In this document: piece after piece, positions 54,354 through 64,000 of the stretch
Layout: every line of letters begins with the position of its first letter
Position numbering within the stretch: position 1 is the stretch's first letter
DNA from: Octopus vulgaris
Lineage: Eukaryota
DNA length: 64,000 nt
Assembly (NCBI GenBank): GCA_951406725.2
Contig: OX597825.1
Coordinates: 7,006,001 to 7,070,000 of the forward strand
Direction: 5' to 3'
The notes under the pieces: generated by a model
What the model saw: the letters and a program-made list of their open reading frames with translations, nothing else
What the model was told of the DNA's origin: nothing
Database searches by the model: none
Made by a program: the position numbers and the translations under genes

Positions 54354-54532
54354 TAGTGCCTTATTATTTAACACACTCACTGGTAAAGTTTCCACTCATT
54401 TACTTATTTATTTTTTGTTGCATCTTGCAACCTTTTCAATGACTATTGCAAGAAGCAATGAAAATTTTAGAAAAATAAATTAGTAAATGAGTGGAAACTT
54501 TACTGATGAGTGTGTTAAATAAGAAGGCACTA
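54354..54532. repeat. ~180 bp fold-back centred on a U3-A8 hammerhead-like motif
   Basis: TAGTGCCTT..CCACTCATTTACT pairs with AGTAAATGAGTGG..AAGGCACTA; the two central arms together give CTA TTGAAAA G GTTGC AAGAN GCAAY GAAA AT TT TAG. Confidence 0.8.
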
Positions 54533-55445
54533 AAAGAGATCGACTCTTCCCAGACATAACAAAATATGCTTCAACACACGAACACACATAAAGAATCTTG
54601 CAAGACAAATCAAAAAAATGAAGTAAAAAATAGTATTACAGAAGAATAAAGCTAATATTAAAAAGTCAATATAAGACTTCAAGCTAATATTAAGACTCAG
54701 TGCTAGACTTCAAGCATATAATAAACTCTAAGTTAAGGGAATTGAAAAATACATATTAGCAGTGTTGTGTAGCCACTACTCCGTAGTGTTATTCAAAGAG
54801 TACACTCAAAGAGGGTCTAATACAAACAGAAAACTACTACAAAATAACAACAGTTGGAGTAGAAAATTACTTAGAAGCAACAAAAGATAGATTAATATGT
54901 GTAATAAAGAATTCTGCTAAAGAAATAAATGAACTCTTCTTTGCATCTATATTATAATGGTGTATTTGGAAATGAAGTAGAAACTGGAAAGTAACCACAC
55001 TGAAGAATAAGATTTACATCATGACAAAACAATAGGAAGAATTCTTGCCAAGTCCGAGTAAATTCACAGACATGATAAAGTTAGCAGTTATTTTTATTGG
55101 GCAATATGCCAACACTTCGATGCATAAAAAGATAAAGTGGTGTAAGCATGTAGCAATCAGAATACATCCAGTGACTTGGAAACAATCAGCTGAGACAATT
55201 CTGTCAATATTGACAAGAAAATCAAATCGAACTGTCCAGATACAATAAGCAGGAACTGAAGCAGAAATGGGTGTCTGTGATAGAGGGATCAATCCTTGGT
55301 TGACCCAAACACTGCCCAAACACAATGGGGATTAGCTGTGAAAATATAAAGATCTTAGCAACAACAATTGCAGCGTGGAAGGTGTTTATAAGCCATTTAA
55401 GAAACACACAAAAACTGTTAGATTCACTTCAACATTTAAATTTAA

Positions 55446-55497
55446 TTTGTCAAAATATTTTCGGCGCTTTGAGACCGTGACCTGTTCACTGAAAAAA
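55446..55497 (-). ncRNA. Degenerate hammerhead-like motif with G3-C8 core
   Basis: Minus strand: TTTTTCA GTGAACA G GTCAC ggtctcaaa GCGCC GAAA ATAT TT TGACAAA; helix I has one mismatch and helix II has two. Confidence 0.4.
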
Positions 55498-55827
55498 CTT
55501 TGTGCTGCATCTCAGATCAAGTCACTCGCTATGCAAGTACATCTGCCATAAAGATCTTGAAACTGGAATAAGCAGCATATGAGGTATGAAAGTAAAGATA
55601 GTACCAATAATAATTGAAGCATGGGATATGAGACTGTTCACACAATAAAGGAATGGAAACAAGTCATACAAGAGCTCTTACGGTTTAGTTGAGAAGATAA
55701 CTGCAATAGGCACAACCTACAACCAAGGGTAAGACACTTTCAGTTTAATGTGTCATGATCTCTTGTTTATTAGCCACAAGAACTCAAAAAATAGAAAAAG
55801 TAAATGAGTTTCATTGGGGATTAAAAA

Positions 55828-56433
55828 GAAGAGGAATTGTACCTTATTTACATTATTTACATTCAACAGATATTTGCCCTCATCTTTTTTGTTGTTAACA
55901 CAATGTTTCGGCTGATTTACTCTCCAGCCTTCATCAGGTGTCCTCGTAGAATTTGCACCCAACCCTGGGTTCTCATTCCTAAGGTATTTTTTTTGCTGAT
56001 GTTATTATTATTATTGTCGTCGTCGTCGTCGTCATCATTATTATTATTATTATTTTTTCAAGACACTGCCTGGAATTGAACTCGCAATCTTGGGGTTAGT
56101 AACCTGCACTCTTAACCATTATGCTATATGCCCCTGGTTAAGAGCGTGGACTACTAACCCCAAGATTCCGAGCTCAATTCCAGGCAGTACCTTGAATAAA
56201 TAATAATAATAATGATAATAATAATAATAATAATAATTGTAAAAACAACATCAGCAAAAAAATACCTAAGGAATGAGAACCAGTGTTGGGTTCAAAATTC
56301 TACCAGGACACCTGATGAAGTTCAGAGAGTAAATTAGCTGAAACGTTGTGTTAACATCAAACAAGATGAGGATAGATATCCGTTCTGTCCAATGTAAATA
56401 ATGTACAGAATTCCTCATCTCAAAAATACAGAA
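55828..56433. mobile_element. Head-to-head inverted pair of family F elements (minus 55828-56134, plus 56135-56433), each with a hammerhead-like motif
   Basis: 55897-55942(-): GACAC CTGATGA A GGCTG gagagtaaat CAGCC GAAA CA TT GTGTT; 56307-56352(+): GACAC CTGATGA .. GAAA CG TT GTGTT; tRNA-like heads meet at about 56135. Confidence 0.82.
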
Positions 56434-57469
56434 CAAGAGAAACTGTGTATTGTGAAAAAGACAAAGGGGTGGTTGAGAGGCATACAGTGTATGGAAAGAT
56501 GTAAAGAGAATATTAAATAGACACATGTTCATATATATGCGCACACATATACATATATATATATCCATACATATTCACACACACACATGTATACATATTT
56601 ACATATATTTGCATAGAAATAAAGAAATTTAAAAATCACAATAATAAAAAAGAAAACAAAGAAATATAATTGAAGAAAATAAAACATGAAACATTACTGG
56701 TTACACTGTACTCCACCTCCACAACCCCATTCTCTTAATCATTTCTCAAACTGTGTTTGGGTGCAACAGAATGCACCAATAAGCATTTTAAAAGTAATTT
56801 GGTGTCAACACCCCCTGCCTCACCCTCCAAAAGTCATCAGCAACTTGAGGGTAATCTCTTTTAAGTTTGGTGTAATGTCTTAATTTTCTTTTTACTAATA
56901 AACTATTCTTATTTGTTGTACATTCTGAACTTTACTGTTTTTATGTCATTCTAACTTCTTCAGAAAGTCTGTGGCACCACAGATGTGTAAATTTGTCTAT
57001 TAACTTTTTTGTTTGATTTTCAAAGAAACTCTTGGTTCATCTTCTTGGTTTCCATTTCCTTCTTTATTTCCTGAGGCCAGATTTCATTGTCATTTACAAA
57101 AATTTCTCTTCTTTCACTTATTTTATGTTCAGCTTTTGTTTGAAGTTTTCTTTCATATTTTTACTAACTGCTTCTTAGTTTCCATTTGTAATTATTATTT
57201 ATTTGTCATCACACAATGAAAATGTGGTACTATAGGTTGGAGCTGTTAAGTGATGAGATGTTTTCTCATCTATTTCTGATACTGGTCATAAAAGTATTAC
57301 ACTTGCTATCTCCAGAGTTTTGGTTGGTGCTGCTCTGGAATTTGGTGTCTATTGTTTATTTTCATCTCATTTTTTTTTTGCATAATTTTTCCCGTTTTTT
57401 TTCTGGCATTTATTTACCTCAAAAGTAAAATTTACTCTGACAAATATGACAACAAGGTTTCTACAGTCC

Positions 57470-57575
57470 AAGTCTATAGTAGAAGACACTTGCCAAAGGT
57501 GCAATGCAGTGGGACTGAACCTGAAACCATGTGGTTGCTAAGCAAGCTACTTACCACACAGCCACTCCTGTGCAT
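57470..57575 (-). mobile_element. SINE family A head fragment
   Basis: Reverse complement of the A 5' end. Confidence 0.8.
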
Positions 57576-58213
57576 TTATATAAGTATATGCCAGCTTTTG
57601 TGCATTTGTTTTTCGAAAATCTAAATTGTGAAAATTCCACCAAAGAAGTAAATAAAATCCTCACACACTGCTATTCTTATACAATTACACATACACACAC
57701 GCACATCCATATTCACATACACATACACAACTATACCCATAGAGGAGCACACACATACACGAAATGAATGCACATTCTCACACATATCCCAAACACACAT
57801 ATATACACACACACTAACACAGAATTTTTCTGTGAATAACAGCCATTGCATGAGGCATGTACATGAATCTGTGTGTCAGAATGCAGAGTAAGAATTCCCA
57901 TAATTACTTAATCAACTAATTGTCATAATAAGCATTAAATGCTATTAATCAACGCTTGTGTTTAACAAGTGGATTTAGGCTTAAAAGTCTCATAATTAAT
58001 AGCTGCATTCATTATTACACGTATGTAAAATAAAGGACAGGAAATATGTGCTAAAAAGAATTTTCGTACACTCAGAAACACGACCCTGTGGGCATGAACC
58101 AATGTAAAAGACTGTAATCACTCAACATGCTAGAAATAGCAGTCAAACATTGAAATCATATACTATCATCTTAAAAAAAATTGGAAGACACATTTGATAA
58201 GCTCCCTCATATA

Positions 58214-58995
58214 CAGGGTGGCTCACGAAAAAGAAGCTCAGATTCCGTTACATAGAGTGAATATATATAATTAAATTTATACTACACTCACGGAGTGGTT
58301 GGTGTTAGGAAGGGCATCCATCTGTAGAAACACTGCCAGATCAGACTGGAGCCTGGTGCAGCCTCCTGGCTTCCCAAACCCCGGTCGAACTGTCCAACCC
58401 ATGCTAGCACGGAAAACGGACGTTAAACGATGATGATGATGATGATGAAATTTATGTTCATGGAAAAGTACCCAGCCTTTCATTTCCAAGTGTCATTGTA
58501 TTATTTTGACTGCTTGTAACTGTTGAACAAGGATGGAGCACTAGTTGACTGTTCGCTACGTTATCCTCACTGCATCCTCATCACATTAGTTGAAGGTAAG
58601 ATTGCATTGAATGAACATCTCTAGCTTTTTCTGCAAGATGATATTCTCAATAGTGGAAAGAATGGAGATTGTGGAAGTGTATGTGAGAACGGATTCTGTA
58701 AAGCAGACGCATAAAGTCTTTGAAGTCAAGTCTCTGAGTAAAGGCTTTCTAGCAAGGAGAATAATATAATGTTGGTTAAGGGACTACAGGGTCAGTGCAC
58801 AATACCCCAAAACAAGGAGACCCTACAGTCTAAATACTGGGAGTTATTCAGGACATTTGCTGAAATATTACTCAAAATCTGAAGAAGATAACATGGCAAT
58901 TGGCACATCAGTTTCACATATGCAGGTTAAACCAATGGGTGTTGAAAAATCTAAAGTTGAAGCCATATCATTTCACATGTGTACAACAATTAAAA
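58214..58995 (+). mobile_element. Decayed Tc1/mariner-superfamily element (5' TIR and N-terminal HTH relic) with nested family C SINE (58277-58447)
   Basis: TA|CAGGGTG terminus; MIFSIVERMEIVEVYVRTDSVKQTHKVF.., TTGSVHN, and LKNLKLKPYHFTCVQQLK (L.LxPYx...VQxL motif). Confidence 0.7.
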
Positions 58996-59231
58996 GTCTA
59001 CTTTTTCAATCAAAATAACACAAGGACACTTCCAACTGAAGGACTGGATATGTTATTTCTGTACTTACATCATGCTACTTTTCCATCTGATACCCTTCTT
59101 ATATGAGTAAGGAGTTGGATAGCTAATGGCTGAAATGGTTTTTATCATAGGTTTGCTGGATCAGGGCTCAACAGAAAGAACAATTGTATAAGATGAAAAC
59201 TACCTGTGTTTAAAATACACAGGTTATATTC

Positions 59232-59464
59232 CAGCATTGCTCTTATGCTTAACTTTTCTCTCAAGATGTTTACACTCTGTCGAACACACACACTTACATT
59301 GCACAATCAACGAAGCATACTGGCTTTATTTCTCTCAAGCCTATGCATGTCCTTGGCTGTTATAGCCCATGTTACACTGCCATGCAGCATAGCTGTCCAT
59401 ACCCAGGCATCATACAATCTGCCTTTCACTCTGAGAGAGAGGTCCTTTATTGCCAGCAGAGGTA
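59232..59464 (-). mobile_element. RTE-clade LINE fragment
   Basis: LPLLAIKDLSLRVKGRLYDAWVWTAMLHGSVTWAITAKDMHRLERNKASMLR*LCNV..LREKL. Confidence 0.85.
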
Positions 59465-59519
59465 TCAGTTCATCCATCTCTGTCTGTCTATATTATCTCT
59501 CTATCTATCTTTCTGTCTG

Positions 59520-59554
<35 letters not shown>

Positions 59555-60103
59555 GTCAATCGTTCAGTCTATCTATCTATCTATCTACCTATGACGTTAC
59601 ATAAGCACACAGATTAATAGACCAATATAATTTGATAAGATAAGCATCTGCAAGCATGTACGTATGCAGTGTATTTCTTGATACTCACAAAGGGCAATAT
59701 ATATATAATTCTTCAAAAAATATAGACAATGAAGAATTATAAAAACCACCCAAATGTCTGTTGATGTCAGTAGCTGTCATTACTTGTCAAAATTCATGTT
59801 TTTCTTATTTTTTTCTTTCAATAGCTAATGTTTATCGGTTTTCATTACTTTTTTCTGATTCATTGTTCAAAGTAACAATTCCAGCATTTAGTCATATTGT
59901 ACATAAGAAACAAACAAAACCAACAATGCTAATGTATTCCCTCCTCTTCCTACTCTCTTGGAGAGTTCTTTCTTTTTCCCAACATTTGTGTGAGAATCGT
60001 TAATGTTATCAACTTATCACCACCAAAGCCATTGCAAGCCGATCGCTTGGATTGGTTGTGAAACATTGAAAACTTCTCTACGTTCACAAAGTCAGCAACA
60101 GCA

Positions 60104-60477
60104 GTGGAGTCGCAATGGCCCAATGGTTAGGGCAGTGGACTCACGGTCGGAGGATCACGGTTTCAATTCCCAGACTGGGCGTTGTGTGTGTTTATTGAGC
60201 GAAAACACCTAAAGCTCCACGAGGCTCCGGCAGGGGGTGGTGGTGACCTCTTTTGTACTCTTTTGCTCCAACTTTTTCTCACTCTTCCTTACTGTTTCTT
60301 GTCCCTGACATCCTATGCAACCGCTGAGCCTGGATGCGCATTCATCCATCCGTTGATGCTCTCGGTGTCAGGGGTTGACCTGCTTTCTCTTCTGCAGGGT
60401 CTTACGAATAGCAAAGGACCACGGTTCGGACTTCTTCCACTGGACGAAGATCGCTACGCTCAACAGCAACAGCAACA
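60104..60477 (+). mobile_element. tRNA-derived SINE family E with CAA/CAG tail
   Basis: TGGCCCAATGGTTAGGGCAG (box A), GGTTTCAATTCCC (box B), GC-rich body, CAACAGCAACAGCAAC tail. Confidence 0.7.
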
Positions 60478-61313
60478 TTATATGCAGTGGAAGAACTGTC
60501 TTAGACTATCATTCTTTGAGTATTACTGGTGCTGTGGCAGGCAGCAGAAGGCTTCATGCTAGTTTCTTTTCCTCTTTTCTTTCAATCTCTCTCTCTCTTT
60601 TAACAGCCTACCTATATTTCTAGCTATTGTCTGTCTATAAAACTCTCCTACACATGTACGCATATGTGTGTGTGTGTGTGTGCGCATCAATCAACTTATA
60701 AATACCAAATTAAAGTGCATACATGCACTTACCCCTGTGTGTATGTATGTATATATACATATATATATATATATGAAAATATATGAAAAAAAGAAAAAGA
60801 CTGGAGATGGCATTTTTGTGCCAGATGCCAATATGAGAGTTTCTCTCATGGAATCTAGCGCAGTATAGTTTGTTCTAATAGAACATCCACGTTTTAGTAT
60901 GGATAGATATTATCTCTTGGTATTAATAATTTCCCCTTTTCTCTTGCCAACATCTTATCCAATGCTGTAATCATAGAAATTTGAATGAATGGATTCAGCC
61001 AAGCCTAAAACAGAAGATGAGAACTGAGATTTAATCTCACACCTAAAGGAATCTCTCTGCTCTTGATTCTGGGCATTATTTTACTTTTCTTCTCAGAACA
61101 TTCTTACAAAAATCTTGAAGTTTGATTGATGAGCTTTTACATTCTTTCACAAACTCTCTCTAAAACAATAAAGAATAACAGCTTCTTTTAAATATGTTTC
61201 ATCTGTTTAAATTTAATGTTGGATCTTAAAACTTTATGAAGATAAATTGAATAGAAATAGATTTTAACAAAATAAAATTCTTCATGTATATATATATATG
61301 AAGAGTTTTATTT

Positions 61314-61347
<34 letters not shown>

Positions 61348-61579
61348 TGTATGTATGTATGTATGTATGTATGTATGTATGTATGCATCATTATCATTAT
61401 TATTCAGCTTCTGTGTTCCATGCTGGTGGGTTGGGTGGCTGGTTTAACAGAATCCAATGAATTGGAGGACTTCAATGTGCCACAGAGTCCACTTTTGCTT
61501 GATATCCATTGGTGGATATCATTCCTTACATCAACCACTTTACTCAATCTACTGGAAGCTTTTTGCATGGCATGGGCCC

Positions 61580-62000
61580 TAGTATAACTAAGGGGCTGAA
61601 GTGGATGCTATAACTGAAGAGGAATAGAAAAGGAAATGTGTGGTGATTTTAGTCAGGGCGATGAGGGTGGGTAAAGTAAGATGAGGGGAGAAAATTTATT
61701 GTTATGAAAGGGTGGTTAGTGGACACTATAGCAGGAGAAATGATTAATATTAGGGGCTTTTGAGAAAGGAAGGGACAGAGTAGAAATGTGTTAAGGTGGG
61801 TTGTGTAAGGAAAGGGGTCCAGTGTTATCTTACATTATGAGGTATGAATAAAAGGTGTGTTGGAAAAGGGACATGGACAAGGGTGCCTAGGAATCCTGAT
61901 AGAGTCATTGAAGGAAAGAGAAGTGTTGGGGTCAGCCAGAGGAGAAAATATGAAAGTGTGAGGGTGGGGGGAAAATATGTGAGAAAATGAGAAAATCGAT
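61580..62000 (-). mobile_element. Possible decayed Penelope-like C-terminal region
   Basis: Minus-strand RFSHFLTYFPPTLTLSY.., GTLVHVP / PCPCPFSNTPFIHTS loosely resemble the PLE RT to GIY-YIG linker; very decayed. Confidence 0.3.
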
Positions 62001-63029
62001 AGAGAAGCTGTGTCATTATTGTACAAGGAATCAATCAAAACCCCAAACCCAGAGAGTCCACAGGTACATAGGTAACCTCCTCTCTTTCATTTTTCTCACT
62101 TATCAGGGAATGGTTCTTGACCAACCTTGCATTGCATCTGCATTTCATAACATCCTCATAGTTTGGGATTTAAAGAATCTTAGATCTCCTGTCCTAGTGG
62201 CAGCTATTGTCATTCCCAAGTAATTCACTCACTGACTTCCCTGTGAGATAGGCTGTTTCACTATATTACGTTTCGTTTTTAATTCTGCTGGCTTTCACTT
62301 ATTCTCCTGGCCCCGTAAATTGTGCGCTTGGTCCCAGTTCATGCCGTAAAGTAGTTGTTGGTAGGAAGTACAGAAAACTGTGAAAACTATGACAAAAATG
62401 GATGCATCAAATGAAGATGAGTTGGATTCAGTAAGCCTCATCCCAGGTACACTATCATAGAGGGACAGTAAATCAAAAAAAAAAAAAGGGGGGGAAAGAA
62501 AAAAAGAACTGATAGTGTGTAGTGGGAAATCTTTAGTCTTATTAGTGGAATGAACCCTGCCCTAAAGACAAAAGTATGACACAAACATCAAATCAAAACC
62601 TGGAAAGGGTTAAGGACATTAAAGACATCTAAAGGAAAGAATCAGGCCCAAAATGGAAATAATGAATAAAAGAGATGTGAATAGTCTAAGCCACTGGAAC
62701 ATAAACAAATGGTAAAGCAAGTCTTTAGGTTTGTCCCCAAATACCTCTTGATGCCCCCCATGCACACATACATGTGGTGCAAAGGGAACATGTTGATGAC
62801 AAAAAGAGGAGGGGGCTTGTTAAAATGTTTCCTTCTGTGCAAATGACACAACCAGATAACTTATTGTAGAAGTCTAACGATGTACAAACATTCTGTGCAA
62901 AAATCTGGTTGTTATTGCCCTCAAGATGAAGAGATCAAGTTTTACTGTCCTTTTTTGCTCAGACATGCATTTTATTTCTAGCAACCATAGCAAGGAATTG
63001 CTTTACAACATGGCTAAAAATAATTTCTT

Positions 63030-63220
63030 CCCTGCATGCATGCATACATACATACGTACATACATACATGCATACATACATATATATATACATATATATA
63101 TACATACATATATGTATATATGATACATATATATACACATAAATATATATATATACACACACATATATATACATACATATAATATATACATACATATACA
63201 TATATATAATATATACATAC

Positions 63221-63261
<41 letters not shown>

Positions 63262-63286
63262 ATACACACATACATACATACATACA

Positions 63287-63322
<36 letters not shown>

Positions 63323-63351
63323 TACACACATGCATATATATATATATATAT

Positions 63352-63398
<47 letters not shown>

Positions 63399-63438
63399 CA
63401 CACAAACATACATATACATACACAGACACACACATATA
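63030..63438. repeat. Compound (TACA)n/(TA)n/(CA)n microsatellite
   Basis: Direct reading. Confidence 0.95.
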
Positions 63439-64000
63439 TTAATGAAGAGAAATTCAAAGTGGGTGGTTGAAATGTAAAAGAAATTAATTCAATGTTACAA
63501 GAAGAGAAGGTTTATTAAACTTATTGTTTTCTTATTACATGGCCAGATGTTTTAACTCTTGAGTGTGTGTCTGTGCATTTGTGTGTGTGTGTGTGTGCAT
63601 GGTTGCTGTTTGTGAGATTTACTTTGGTGTAGAATGAGAAAGTTGAAGAGTATTAATATCAGAACACGTGTCTAGGCCAGCATGTGTTTATATAACGAAA
63701 AGCATGTCTATAATTATCGTGTTGCAAAGGGGATCAGATAAATTTGTTTTACATGATATAACTTTGTACAAAAGGGGGAATATTTTCAAAATTGAGAATA
63801 AACACAGAGAGACAAGAACGAAGCATCTATTGCTCCAAGTTGTACAATTCTAAATTGAAATATGAACTACTCCACACAGCAGCAAATCATTTTTTTTTTT
63901 TGCTTTCTACGTTTTTGAAACCAACTCTGCCAGCACCATCAGCTCTTAGTTTACAGAATTACATTGAAAATCCAGAAACTCTTATATCTCAGCAAAACCT

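Larger units (their letters stand above)
54070..55725 (+). mobile_element. Heavily decayed R4/Dong-like non-LTR retrotransposon with nested insertions
   Basis: Fragments TINHIISVDGLVIF (YMDD-like), LAKSE*IHRHDKV..YWAICQHF (RHD motif), IDKKIKSNCPDTI and KDLETGISSI*GMKVKIVPIII (REL). Confidence 0.65.

Noticed and set aside
63934-64000. Open frame after a pyrimidine tract (APSALSLQNYIENPETLISQQN)
   Set aside because: Truncated by the window edge with no donor or homology, so it cannot be supported.

Overview
AT-rich eukaryotic non-coding DNA, most consistent with an intron or intergenic region of an octopod cephalopod genome (inferred from the SINE families and the extreme microsatellite load). 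No intact protein-coding gene, rRNA or true tRNA is recognisable, and almost all listed ORFs are microsatellite or SINE artefacts. The window holds at least six recurrent SINE-like families and decayed relics of Tc1/mariner, RTE, R4/Dong-like and probable Penelope-like elements. It also has two TTAA piggyBac-type MITEs, one non-autonomous Helitron, a ~0.7-0.9 kb inverted duplication and a few unverified exon candidates. The most interesting signal is a set of minimal type-I hammerhead-ribozyme-like motifs in at least four distinct repeat families. They share one architecture: core, one extra nucleotide, helix II, GAAA, palindromic helix III. Their cores differ: C3-G8, U3-A8, G3-C8 and an A6U variant. 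One family is a tRNA-headed (Pol III) SINE with a Penelope-style inverted tail. Repeat boundaries are approximate, read by eye.
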